DNA of 32,000 nucleotides from Candidatus Minimicrobia sp. QA0096 (GCF_963967315.1 NZ_OZ017288.1:330001-362000), one strand, 5' to 3'. Positions 17,548 to 26,448 are shown, counted from the first letter of the stretch. Numbers and translations: made by a program. Notes: generated from the letters alone by a model not told the origin.

Positions 17548-18738
17548 TTACCACCATTTTTGGCGGTTCCATGCATTGTAAGCCCCAGCCCAACTACCAT
17601 ATCTACTTACAGCATAACTATTGAAGACTCTAATTTGACAAACTGGATCACTCTGCCAGTTTGGACAAGCCTGAGAAAGCTTATTTATATTCGTCTGACC
17701 GAGCCCAGCATATTGCCCATTCCTAGCCGTCGTTCGCCAAGTTGACTCTTTCGTAAAAATGAAGTTCACATAGCCATAATCGTCAGAACTAATACCAGCC
17801 GCAGACATCCAATCCGAATGAGATCCAGAAGGTAGGCTAACTTTCGTCCCCACAATTTCAATCTGCTTCTTTGGTTCTTTCGTTATAACGCTAGCAATCT
17901 CCTTGCGACTCACCTCCATGCCGTTCTTCATCTCGATTTCATAAGTGACATTTTTCTTACCATTCTCACCCGCTTGTTTTACTTCGCGATATCCCGAATC
18001 TCGATTCGCGTCTTGAACTTTTTCAACCTCAAATTTCACATCTTCTTCTGCGGTTGTGGTTTGCTTGCCATTACGCCAAAGCTCAATTTTCATTCCAGGA
18101 ATAATTTTTGCCGAACGATCTACGGACAGCGTATCATCTTTCTTTGGATCAATATTCTTCTCTTTCAATAGCTCGCCAACCGTCTTAGCGTGTGTGCGAA
18201 TGACAGATTCTTTGCCATAAAGTACAAAATTAACCATCGAGGCTCTGTCAATTTTCATCACCATGTTTGCGCCATCAACCGCCATATTATCGGAATTGGA
18301 TAAAGTGGTTTTGTCCTCTTCAAAAACTTCGATTCCAGCAGTCTTCGCAATCAAAGCTGGCGTTTGTTCAGCTGTGGTTATTTTCAGGCGTTTATTTCCA
18401 TCGACAATTGTTATTGGACGAGCGCGGAAAATATTAATATTGTACTTCTCCGCCACCATCTCCGAATCAAGACTCGGCTCGACTACGTCTTGGCGTTCAT
18501 CAATAGAAAACTTAGCCAATTTCAAAGCCTCGCGAATCGTCCTCGCTTTTGTAACAATCGTCTTTTCTGCGCCCCTGTCGTAAATCGTTACCAACTTTTC
18601 ACCAGCCTTAGTTGCCGGCTTAGTAGCATCAGCCAATGCTTGATTGACGAAAAATAAACCGCCAACCAGCATCAATATCGCGCCAGAAACGAACGTAATT
18701 TTCTTAGAATAATGTTTTGCTTGTAATCTTATACCCAT
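17548..18738 (-). CDS. Cell-wall protein: TM/signal anchor, 3 DUF348 repeats, G5 domain, C-terminal Trp/Tyr-rich putative muralytic module
   Basis: The DUF348 and G5 regions are paralogous to the downstream gene. G5 is TTTAEEDVKFEVEKVQDANRDSGYREVKQAGENGKKNVTYEIEMKNG...IEIVGTK. The C-terminus FIFTKESTWRTTARNGQYAGLGQT...YAVSRYGSWAGAYNAWNRQKWW resembles, from memory, the small C-terminal domain of Firmicute aggregation-promoting-factor / transglycosylase-like surface proteins. That call is tentative. Confidence 0.8.
   Translation of the reverse strand: MGIRLQAKHYSKKITFVSGAILMLVGGLFFVNQALADATKPATKAGEKLVTIYDRGAEKTIVTKARTIREALKLAKFSIDERQDVVEPSLDSEMVAEKYNINIFRARPITIVDGNKRLKITTAEQTPALIAKTAGIEVFEEDKTTLSNSDNMAVDGANMVMKIDRASMVNFVLYGKESVIRTHAKTVGELLKEKNIDPKKDDTLSVDRSAKIIPGMKIELWRNGKQTTTAEEDVKFEVEKVQDANRDSGYREVKQAGENGKKNVTYEIEMKNGMEVSRKEIASVITKEPKKQIEIVGTKVSLPSGSHSDWMSAAGISSDDYGYVNFIFTKESTWRTTARNGQYAGLGQTNINKLSQACPNWQSDPVCQIRVFNSYAVSRYGSWAGAYNAWNRQKWW
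18336..18435 (-). repeat. 100-nt near-identical segment shared with 17084-17183
   Basis: See the partner repeat at 17084-17183. Confidence 0.9.
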
Positions 18739-18767
18739 AAGTTCACACCCACAACGCAGGTATTCTT

Positions 18768-18776
18768 ATTATATCA
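18768..18776 (-). promoter_or_regulatory. Extended -10 promoter element for the 396-aa G5 gene
   Basis: The minus strand reads TGATATAAT, whose TGA is the pcrA stop codon. A 29-nt leader precedes the ATG at 18738. Confidence 0.45.
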
Positions 18777-20876
18777 AATTTTCTCCAAGCGCGCGAACTC
18801 GACGTTCAATTTCTTAATATTTCCATTGTCAAACTGGACCGTAACACTCAGCCCTTCGCTATCAATAATTTCCCCCGAACCAAAACTCGGGCTGCGAACT
18901 CGATCACCAACCTCCAAACCAATATCTTCTGAATAAAAATCAGGTTCTATACTCGGCTGAGCTGATCTATCAACACCACCAGCCATCAAGCCCATCTCGT
19001 CCAAAAACCTCGATGGCATATTATAGCCAATCTGACCAAATTGCGTCCGAGAGCTGGCACAACTAACGAACAATTCTTCCCTCGCCCGAGTTACACCAAC
19101 GTAACACAACCTGCGCTCTTCTTCGACGTCATCAGCGTTGCTGCTATCAAACACTCTTGCGTGCGGCAAAATCCCCTCTTCCAGTCCCGCCAAAAAAACC
19201 ACCGGAAACTCCAAACCTTTAGCCGCATGAAGCGTCATGAGCGTTACTTGCTGATCGGCAGTTGTATCCGTCGAAGACATCAAAGCCATCTCTTCCAAAA
19301 ACGTCGCCACGTCAACGTAAGCCTTCGCCTCTGACAAAAGCACGCCGATATTTTCCATTCGCTCCTCAGCTTGCGGTGTTCCGTCGTTTATAAAATCTTC
19401 ATAGCCAGTACTTTTCATAATTTTTTCAATCATTTCGGCCGGAGATCCGTCAATTTCCTGCTGCAAATCGTGCAGTTTTTGACCAAACTCTAGCAGCGGA
19501 CGTTTTGCACGCGCCGTCAAAGTATCCACCTCATCAACTGCCAACAACCCGCTAATTATATCCTTCCCTGACGCGTCATTCCAGTCCAAAAACTTAGAGA
19601 TACTCACCGCGCCAACGCCACGTTTTGGCGTATTCACAATTCGCAAAAAACTAACTCGATCACTCGGCTGATATAACAATCGAAGATATGCCAATAAATC
19701 CTTAACGACCGCTCGATCTAAAAATCGCAAACCGCCGACAATTTTATACGGAATATAACTCTGACGCAAGGCTCGCTCAATTGCGTAACTTTGCGCATTC
19801 GTTCGATACAACACCGCCACGTCACCATATTGACGACCGTTCGCAATTTGCGCCTGAATCTCATTCGCAATCGCCAAAGCCTCCTCAGACTCATTGTATA
19901 ATTGCCATAATTTTGGCTCAACACCGTCGCCATTCGCTGTCCATAAATTTTTATCAGTTCTATGAATATTATGACTAATCAGCGCATTTGCCATATTCAA
20001 AATCGCGCCAGTCGAACGATAATTTTGCTCCAGCTTAACCACCGTCGTACCCGGAAAATCACGCTCAAAATTGAGAATATTAGTATAATCAGCCCCGCGA
20101 AAACTATAAATCGACTGGGCGTCATCGCCAACCACACATAAATTGCGGCGCGAATTAACCAGCAGTTTAATTAGCGCATACTGCACCGCATTTGTGTCCT
20201 GATACTCATCAATCAGAATATGCTCGAATTGCTGCTGCCATTTGTGACGAATGTCTGGATTATTTCTTAATAATTCCACAGTTTTTGTCAATAAATCGTC
20301 AAAGTCCAACGCCGAAGCATCTTTCAGGGCTTTTTCATAAGCAAAAAATAGCTCGGCTATTTTCTGTTCTCTTGGACCACGAGTCGAAGCGGAAAAATCC
20401 TCAGCATTTCGCATTTCATTTTTAGCGTTTGAAATAACCGAAAGTACAGCTCGAGGTTTAATGTCTTTATCCGTCAAGCCGCGAGACTTCATAATTTGCT
20501 TCATCAAGCTTATTTGATCATCGGTATCGTAAATTAAGAATCGCTTATTCAGACCAATATTTTCACCATCCATCCGTAACATTCGCACGCAAATACTGTG
20601 AAAAGTTCCCATCCACGGCATAAATTGCCGATTCTCAGAATCTTCACCCAATATTTGTGCTAGCCTCTGACGCATTTCCTTCGCGGCTTTATTAGTAAAT
20701 GTAACCGCCAATATTCGACTAGGGAATATTTTCAACTCGCCAATCAAATAAGCGATTCTATGAGTCAGAGTTTTGGTCTTTCCAGATCCGGCTCCAGCCA
20801 AAATCAACAACGGCCCATCAACGTGCGTCACCGCTCGAGCCTGCTCGCTATTTAATCCGTCAGTAAAATTAGACAT
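18774..20876 (-). CDS. pcrA: ATP-dependent DNA helicase PcrA/UvrD (SF1A)
   Basis: Walker A is AGAGSGKT and motif II is DEYQDT. Also contains VGDDAQSIYSFRGA, QNYRST, TLHAAKGLEFPVVF and CYVGVTRAREEL. There is a C-terminal Tudor-like tail (GDRVRSPSFGSGEII...). Confidence 0.93.
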   Translation of the reverse strand: MSNFTDGLNSEQARAVTHVDGPLLILAGAGSGKTKTLTHRIAYLIGELKIFPSRILAVTFTNKAAKEMRQRLAQILGEDSENRQFMPWMGTFHSICVRMLRMDGENIGLNKRFLIYDTDDQISLMKQIMKSRGLTDKDIKPRAVLSVISNAKNEMRNAEDFSASTRGPREQKIAELFFAYEKALKDASALDFDDLLTKTVELLRNNPDIRHKWQQQFEHILIDEYQDTNAVQYALIKLLVNSRRNLCVVGDDAQSIYSFRGADYTNILNFERDFPGTTVVKLEQNYRSTGAILNMANALISHNIHRTDKNLWTANGDGVEPKLWQLYNESEEALAIANEIQAQIANGRQYGDVAVLYRTNAQSYAIERALRQSYIPYKIVGGLRFLDRAVVKDLLAYLRLLYQPSDRVSFLRIVNTPKRGVGAVSISKFLDWNDASGKDIISGLLAVDEVDTLTARAKRPLLEFGQKLHDLQQEIDGSPAEMIEKIMKSTGYEDFINDGTPQAEERMENIGVLLSEAKAYVDVATFLEEMALMSSTDTTADQQVTLMTLHAAKGLEFPVVFLAGLEEGILPHARVFDSSNADDVEEERRLCYVGVTRAREELFVSCASSRTQFGQIGYNMPSRFLDEMGLMAGGVDRSAQPSIEPDFYSEDIGLEVGDRVRSPSFGSGEIIDSEGLSVTVQFDNGNIKKLNVEFARLEKI

Positions 20877-20880
20877 ATAT

Positions 20881-22119
20881 CTATTTTATCAGCAAAAAGT
20901 ACGAAACAGCGCCGCCAGCCATACCAATTGCCAAAAATAGAACAATAAGCAACGCTATCAATAATCCGGACTTTTTCTTTTCTTTGTCGACTGAAGGTTT
21001 GACTTCTGTGGATACAGCAGCAAACATCGGTGCCGGCTCAGAATCCATAACTTCCTTTTCAGACAATTCGGAAGACTCAATCAAAGAACTGTCAATATCA
21101 GCGGACATTTTGTCGTCTGAATCTTCAGGAACGCCAGCCTCCTCAATTGCTATAATTTCTGGACTCAAATCCATTGGTGAGTCGGGTGCATCGCCCAAAG
21201 AATTTTCGCTCATGCTGTAATTAGATAAATTAGTATTATATTGATGTTCCAGTTTTACATCCTCAGAATCAGCAGACATAGACGCGTCTTCATCATTATT
21301 CATCTCAGAACCAGTCATAGCTTGATTAACAGAACCAAGAGGTCGCTTCTCTACCTCAACATTAGCAATAAACGGAGACTCCAGCGGCGTAGTCATCGGC
21401 GCAGCAGGAGCTTCGCTATTACTTACGGCTAATGATTGAGCTATCTTATCAGTCAATGACAACTCCTCAGCAGGCGTATCTTCAATTTTCGTAAAAGTAG
21501 ATTCATTATGTACGTCTTTAAGATCGGGGGTGTCACTAAGATTATCTGATTGAGCAACTATATCAGACATCTCTTTTCCTACCGCAGAATGCCTATTATT
21601 TATGCTAATCACGTCCACCAAATCAGGTGAAGGCTGAATAGTCGTGCCAGTTCGGGATGGAGCGGGAGCAACGGGTTTTTGTATAGCGCTGACAGATGAA
21701 GGTCTAACAACATCCATGAAACGACCAGTCGAGCGTCTCGCGACTAACGGCGCAGCTTTGACTTCGCTAGCAGCCACACCAGGAGCTCTGTTAGCTATTG
21801 AGTCGTTAGCAACTTTCTCGTTCGTAGGATTATCAACCTCTTTAGGAGTCGTATTGTCGCTAGAAGGATCTTTTTTTGCTTCAGGCTGAGAGATCGACGA
21901 TAAAGAAGTAGAAGCAACAGGCGAAGGTGTAAATGGAGTTACCGGAGGTGCAAGGCTAGTATCAATAGAACTCTCCGGTGCAGACTTTTCCCCTACAGGC
22001 GCAGACATAGAAACCTCGCTATTATTTTCATTAGCCGCCGCTGGAGATTCCTTTTCTCGCTGCTTATCCATAAGAGAGCTTACCGCTCTATCCAACTCAT
22101 CAAAATCAATATCTGTCAT
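20881..22119 (-). CDS. Hypothetical acidic, Ser/Pro/Asp-rich disordered protein with a single C-terminal TM helix (tail-anchored), 412 aa
   Basis: AGGGGG SD precedes the ATG. Composition is low-complexity throughout. The C-terminus is KKKSGLLIALLIVLFLAIGMAGGAVSYFLLIK. No family recognised. Confidence 0.65.
   Translation of the reverse strand: MTDIDFDELDRAVSSLMDKQREKESPAAANENNSEVSMSAPVGEKSAPESSIDTSLAPPVTPFTPSPVASTSLSSISQPEAKKDPSSDNTTPKEVDNPTNEKVANDSIANRAPGVAASEVKAAPLVARRSTGRFMDVVRPSSVSAIQKPVAPAPSRTGTTIQPSPDLVDVISINNRHSAVGKEMSDIVAQSDNLSDTPDLKDVHNESTFTKIEDTPAEELSLTDKIAQSLAVSNSEAPAAPMTTPLESPFIANVEVEKRPLGSVNQAMTGSEMNNDEDASMSADSEDVKLEHQYNTNLSNYSMSENSLGDAPDSPMDLSPEIIAIEEAGVPEDSDDKMSADIDSSLIESSELSEKEVMDSEPAPMFAAVSTEVKPSVDKEKKKSGLLIALLIVLFLAIGMAGGAVSYFLLIK
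20883..20891 (-). promoter_or_regulatory. Possible extended -10 element for pcrA, embedded in the end of the upstream ORF
   Basis: The minus strand reads TGATAAAAT, then 6 nt (agatat), then the ATG at 20876. pcrA has no SD. Confidence 0.35.
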
Positions 22120-22133
22120 ATGCCCCCTATTTT

Positions 22134-22892
22134 TTAACCTTTATGTGCTTTCGAGATTATCTCCTTAAATTGATATGCATCCAAACTGGCTGCCCCAACC
22201 AATAAACCATCAAGTTCATCAATTGCTAAATAATCTGCGGCGTTTATTGACGTAATACTTCCACCATAAACAACTCGAACTGATTCCGCCGCTTTTTTAC
22301 CATACAAATGAGAAATATGTCGTCGAATCATCTGTGTAGCTTTTTTTACATCAGACGCTTTAGCGCTGTCGCCAGTACCGATCGCCCAAACTGGCTCATA
22401 CGCAATAACTACTTCATCCAGCTCGTCCGCCGTCACATTAGCCAGACCGCTAGTCAATTGATCAGCCAGAACATCCTTCGTTTCGCCAAGGGTCTTCTCC
22501 TGAATCGTCTCACCAACACACAGAATCGGATGAATACGATTTCGAATTGCCGCCTGAACTTTCAGTCGAATATCTTTTTCGCTTTCAATGAAAATATAGC
22601 GACGCTCCGAATGCCCAATTATCACATAATCAGCAATTCCACGAAGATGTGCCGCTGGAATTTCTCCCGTATACGCCCCCGAATCTCGCCAATAGCAATT
22701 CTGGGCCGCCAACTTAGCGATTCGACGATTAATTTGTAAACTCAAACTCTGCAGCGTCAAAATAGTAGGCGCCAGCACCACTTCAACATCTCTATGCGAT
22801 GGAAGCGTGTTCATCAGCTTATGCAAATATAAGCTAGCCTCTTGCATATTGAAGTTCATTTTCCAGTTACCGATGATTAACTTTTTTCTCAT
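22134..22892 (-). CDS. tpiA: Triose-phosphate isomerase
   Basis: Contains GNWKMN, IIGHSERR and AYEPVWAIGTG. AAGGA SD lies 7 nt upstream. Confidence 0.95.
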   Translation of the reverse strand: MRKKLIIGNWKMNFNMQEASLYLHKLMNTLPSHRDVEVVLAPTILTLQSLSLQINRRIAKLAAQNCYWRDSGAYTGEIPAAHLRGIADYVIIGHSERRYIFIESEKDIRLKVQAAIRNRIHPILCVGETIQEKTLGETKDVLADQLTSGLANVTADELDEVVIAYEPVWAIGTGDSAKASDVKKATQMIRRHISHLYGKKAAESVRVVYGGSITSINAADYLAIDELDGLLVGAASLDAYQFKEIISKAHKG

Positions 22893-22916
22893 GAGATAAT
22901 CCTTATGCTTAGTTTA

Positions 22917-24155
22917 TCACCTCAAACCGTATGCGTCTAGTAAACTTTCAATTCCAGGCAATTTTTTACCAGCCATCAAGGCCATGCTAGCTCCGCCACC
23001 AGTGGAAACATGGGTAAAATTGGCGCCGTCATGCCCGTCCCATTTCAATATAAAATCAGCCGTATCTCCGCCGCCAACTATTGAAACGACTCCTTTATTC
23101 TGGGCAATAGCTAGCGCTACTCGCGCCGAACCGATTGCAAAATTATCAATTTCAGCATAGCCCAACGGACCGTTCCAAATAACCATCTTTGCATCAGCCA
23201 GTATTTTCGTGAATTTCTCAATCGTCTGACTTCCAATATCCAGCGCCATATCCGAGTTCTTTATTTTATCAATATTAACTTCTTGACGAGGAAAATCTTT
23301 AGAAATCTCTGGCGCAACCGCCACATCAATCGGCAATACCAAAAAATCGTCAACATTCTCTACGCCAACCTTAGCCACTGCCAAATCATAAATTTCTGCG
23401 ACAACCTTTTCCATTCCTGACTCAAACACACTCTTGCCAACATTAAATCCACGGCAATGTAAAAACGTGTTCGACATAGCGCCGCCAATTAAAATCCGAT
23501 CCGCCTTTTTAATCAGACGCTTAATCAGTAATATTTTATCGCTAACTTTCGCGCCGCCAATAACCGCGACCAACGGACGTTTTGGCTTATTCATCGCCTC
23601 AGTGATAGTTACATATTCTTTTTCTAATAGTAATCCCGCTAGCCCTGGAACACACAATGTAATCGCATGAGTGCTGGCGTGCGCCCTGTGTGCGACCGCA
23701 AATCCGTCCTGCACAAAATAATCCGCTCGGACAGCGCGCTGAATTGACTTGGCAAATGTTAAATCGTCATCCTCCTCCTCGTCATAAAAGCGTAAATTCT
23801 CCAACATAAGAATACTGCCTCGTGGCGCGCGGCGAACGGCTTGACGAACAGCTTCGCCCACACAATCGTCCAGCAATTCTACCGGACGACTCAGCAACTT
23901 GGATAGGTGATCTGCAACAACTTTCAAGCTAAACTTAAGGTCCTTACCTTTTGGTCGCCCCAGATGAGACATGATAACAATCTTGCAATTCTGCTCCAGC
24001 AAATATCGGAGTGTGGGCAGCGAAGCGCGAATTCTTAGATCATCAGAAATCTGACCACGCTTTGTTAGTGGCACATTATAATCTGCTCGCAGAAGAATAG
24101 TTTTTCCACGTAGATCAATATCGCGAATTGTTTGCTTCGGAAATTTTCTGCCCAC
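22917..24155 (-). CDS. pgk: Phosphoglycerate kinase
   Basis: Contains LRADYNVPL, SHLGRPKG, GGGDTA and STGGGASM. GTG start with AAGGAG 7 nt upstream. Confidence 0.95.
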   Translation of the reverse strand: MGRKFPKQTIRDIDLRGKTILLRADYNVPLTKRGQISDDLRIRASLPTLRYLLEQNCKIVIMSHLGRPKGKDLKFSLKVVADHLSKLLSRPVELLDDCVGEAVRQAVRRAPRGSILMLENLRFYDEEEDDDLTFAKSIQRAVRADYFVQDGFAVAHRAHASTHAITLCVPGLAGLLLEKEYVTITEAMNKPKRPLVAVIGGAKVSDKILLIKRLIKKADRILIGGAMSNTFLHCRGFNVGKSVFESGMEKVVAEIYDLAVAKVGVENVDDFLVLPIDVAVAPEISKDFPRQEVNIDKIKNSDMALDIGSQTIEKFTKILADAKMVIWNGPLGYAEIDNFAIGSARVALAIAQNKGVVSIVGGGDTADFILKWDGHDGANFTHVSTGGGASMALMAGKKLPGIESLLDAYGLR

Positions 24156-24166
24156 CCAAATTCTCC

Positions 24167-25588
24167 TTATGACAATGTCTTGACTTGGATATTGTCAGTT
24201 TTACCTGGCTCTGGATTGTGGCCGCTAACAAGCACAACAGTAACTGGGTCTGCGCCGAAATAGCCTTCTTGTTTCAACTCGTCAGCTAGCTTAGTTGCCG
24301 CATTTGAGTCGTTTGGTCGAACATATGGACGAGAAGCGTACCTTAGCGCCAACTTTTGCGCAGTCTTCACATTTTCTGTCACACAAACAATTGGCATATT
24401 TGGACGATATGCAGCAACGTTAATTGCAGTGGCGCCAGTGTGCGTCTCTGCAATGATAGCTCGAGCCTTAATTCTCCTTGCTAATTGAGCTGCCGTGTAG
24501 CTTAAAATCGCGTCAGTCTTTTCACGCATTTCAGCCTTTTCTACCAACATTACTTCACTGTGTTCTTGAGTGTAGATAATAGTCTTGCGCATTGCGCGAA
24601 CAGTTTCAACAGGATATTTACCATTGGCAGTCTCATCAGACAACATAACTACATCAGCGCCTTGGATTACAGCATTGGCAACGTCGCTTACTTCAGCGCG
24701 ACTTGGCTCTGGATTATCAACCATACTACCCATCATTTGTGTCGCAACAATTACCAGCTTGCAATATTTACGACACAAGGCAATAATTCGACGCTGTACA
24801 ACTGGGACAATTTCCGCACCAGCTTCCACTGCCAAGTCGCCGCGAGCGACCATAATACCGTCACTAGCCTTAACGATTTCCTCCAAATTCTCTGGATCAA
24901 CGGCAGACTTAGTTTCAATCTTGGCAATAATATTGGCTGTCGAACCCAGGTCTGTCAATCGACGACGCAAATCAATAATGTCATCAGCTTTTTGAATAAA
25001 GCTCAATGCAACATAATCAAAATCTTGGCTTGCGCCCCACTCCAAATCGTTAATATCTTTCTGAGTAAGAATGTCGCCACCAAAATCTGTGTCTGGCAAA
25101 TTCAAACCCTTGCGGCTCATCAAAAAGCCGTCGTTCTGAACTTCTACGCGAATTGCAGTTGGGCTAACAATTTCTCGCACAACCGTCCTGATCTTGCCGT
25201 CAAACATGTAAAGTGGCTCGCCGACTTTCATCTTCTCTGCCAAATTGTACTGCACTGGCAAATTAAAACCGCCATCATGATCAGTAATTTCTGAGTCCAA
25301 GACCAGCATATCGCCAACCTTAACATTCAGCATATTGTCCTTCAAAACACCCAAGCGAATCTTTGGACCTTGCAAATCTTGTAGAATTGCGACAGGCTTG
25401 CCCAACTGTCTACTAGCTGTGCGCACCCAATTGATCTGCTCAATTCTCTCCTCATTAGCGCCGTGGCTAAAGTTCATACGGATGCCGTTAACGCCGGCCT
25501 CCAACAATTGGTAAACCTTTTCTTGGCTGAACGTTGCTGGCCCAATTGTTGCTAATATTTTTGTTCGTTTAAATATATTATCACTCAT
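24167..25588 (-). CDS. pyk: Pyruvate kinase
   Basis: Contains KILATIGPA, RMNFSHG, LQGPKIRLG, IIAKIE, MVARGDL and ATQMM. I place the start at the ATG at 25588 (MSDNIFKRTK...). The ORF-track extension to 25663 runs through the promoter. Confidence 0.93.
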   Translation of the reverse strand: MSDNIFKRTKILATIGPATFSQEKVYQLLEAGVNGIRMNFSHGANEERIEQINWVRTASRQLGKPVAILQDLQGPKIRLGVLKDNMLNVKVGDMLVLDSEITDHDGGFNLPVQYNLAEKMKVGEPLYMFDGKIRTVVREIVSPTAIRVEVQNDGFLMSRKGLNLPDTDFGGDILTQKDINDLEWGASQDFDYVALSFIQKADDIIDLRRRLTDLGSTANIIAKIETKSAVDPENLEEIVKASDGIMVARGDLAVEAGAEIVPVVQRRIIALCRKYCKLVIVATQMMGSMVDNPEPSRAEVSDVANAVIQGADVVMLSDETANGKYPVETVRAMRKTIIYTQEHSEVMLVEKAEMREKTDAILSYTAAQLARRIKARAIIAETHTGATAINVAAYRPNMPIVCVTENVKTAQKLALRYASRPYVRPNDSNAATKLADELKQEGYFGADPVTVVLVSGHNPEPGKTDNIQVKTLS

Positions 25589-25595
25589 TTTTAAA

Positions 25596-25604
25596 ATTAT
25601 ACCA
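25596..25604 (-). promoter_or_regulatory. Extended -10 promoter element for pyk-pgk-tpiA
   Basis: The minus strand reads TGGTATAAT, then 7 nt (tttaaaa), then the ATG at 25588. Confidence 0.55.
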
Positions 25605-25721
25605 CGAAATAACAGTGATGAAAAATGGCGCCAGAGAACCTTATAATACTTATTTAATGTCAAGATTTGTGTTAGTCAAAACTAGCTTACCCATTTCCTT
25701 AATGCTAGAATATAAAATATT

Positions 25722-26024
25722 ATGCCAGAAATAGATAAATATATTATTTCAAAAATTTTGTTCTTTATTTTCGGATCAACTACTGTAATTATTTTCTTTT
25801 TATTCTATACTGGAGTATTTATAAATATCGTTGGGTCCATAGAAGCCGCAATTACGATATATTGCATAAACACCGTCCTGCTGATACCTGTAACAATCTG
25901 GTATGCAATCGAGCGCTCACATAAACCGAAATATAAAGAGAGCGATATACTTGAAGCCTATTCTGAAATGATATCTCGAACTGACAATGAGTCCGCCACC
26001 AAAGAAACCACGAAGCGACAATAA
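25722..26024 (+). CDS. Hypothetical small membrane protein, 100 aa (2-3 TM helices)
   Basis: This is the only ORF in the interval. It has hydrophobic segments and a charged C-tail. TGCTAGAAT lies 10 nt upstream of the ATG. The stretch is visibly AT-rich. Confidence 0.5.
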   Translation: MPEIDKYIISKILFFIFGSTTVIIFFLFYTGVFINIVGSIEAAITIYCINTVLLIPVTIWYAIERSHKPKYKESDILEAYSEMISRTDNESATKETTKRQ

Positions 26025-26049
26025 AAAAGCTTGCCACAATAAGCAAGCT
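26022..26049 (-). terminator. Intrinsic terminator after tRNA-Glu
   Basis: The stem pairs AGCTTGC (26028-26034) with GCAAGCT (26043-26049). On the minus strand it is followed by UUUUUUAUU. It may also serve the convergent 100-aa ORF. Confidence 0.65.
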
Positions 26050-26066
26050 ATTCCAAACAATCTTTA

Positions 26067-26141
26067 TGGTGACCTTACCGGGAATCGAACCCGGATTGCC
26101 AGGATGAAAACCTGGTGTCCTAACCGTTAGACGATAAGGCC
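26067..26141 (-). tRNA. tRNA-Glu (anticodon UUC), CCA encoded
   Basis: The minus strand reads GGCCTTA TC GTC TAACGGTTAG GAC A CCAGG TTTTCAT CCTGG CAAT CCGGG TTCGATT CCCGG TAAGGTC A CCA. The full cloverleaf was folded by hand. 75 nt. Confidence 0.93.
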
Positions 26142-26153
26142 ACGACTTCAGAT

Positions 26154-26162
26154 ATCATAACA
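26154..26162 (-). promoter_or_regulatory. Extended -10-like element upstream of tRNA-Glu
   Basis: The minus strand reads TGTTATGAT, 12 nt before the mature tRNA 5' end. Confidence 0.4.
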
Positions 26163-26220
26163 AATTATTGTCGAATTGTCTATAGCAAATCAGCCACTTC
26201 TCCGCCGTCATCCATTAATG

Positions 26221-26226
26221 TATAAT
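26221..26226 (+). promoter_or_regulatory. -10 box for the 72-aa ORF
   Basis: TATAAT, then 6 nt (atttcc), then the ATG at 26233. Confidence 0.4.
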
Positions 26227-26232
26227 ATTTCC

Positions 26233-26448
26233 ATGACAAAGCAGAAGAAAAAGCGCAATAAAAAATATTCTGGAGTGGACGCGACATCTCAGCGACCAAA
26301 AGTAACAAGGATTACAGCGACGAATCGTTCCAAATTATCTCAATGGTTTTTTGATCGAAAAAAGCTCATTCGTACCATTGGCATGGCGGGGCTTGTTATA
26401 ATCGCCTTAGTTATCGTTATTTCTGGAATACTGAGTTTATTTCGTTAA
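26233..26448 (+). CDS. Hypothetical small protein, 72 aa: Lys/Arg-rich N-terminus and a C-terminal TM helix
   Basis: Reads MTKQKKKRNKKYSG...IGMAGLVIIALVIVISGILSLF. The start is set at 26233 from the promoter spacing (ORF track: 26176). The stop overlaps the stop of the convergent kinase gene. Confidence 0.5.
   Translation: MTKQKKKRNKKYSGVDATSQRPKVTRITATNRSKLSQWFFDRKKLIRTIGMAGLVIIALVIVISGILSLFR

Noticed and set aside
25589-25721. 133-nt pyk upstream region, considered as a possible small RNA (for example 4.5S-like) or riboswitch.
   Set aside because: I could see no extended complementary segments or recognisable conserved RNA motifs. It is adequately explained as an AT-rich divergent promoter region: pyk TGGTATAAT on the minus strand and TGCTAGAAT on the plus strand.
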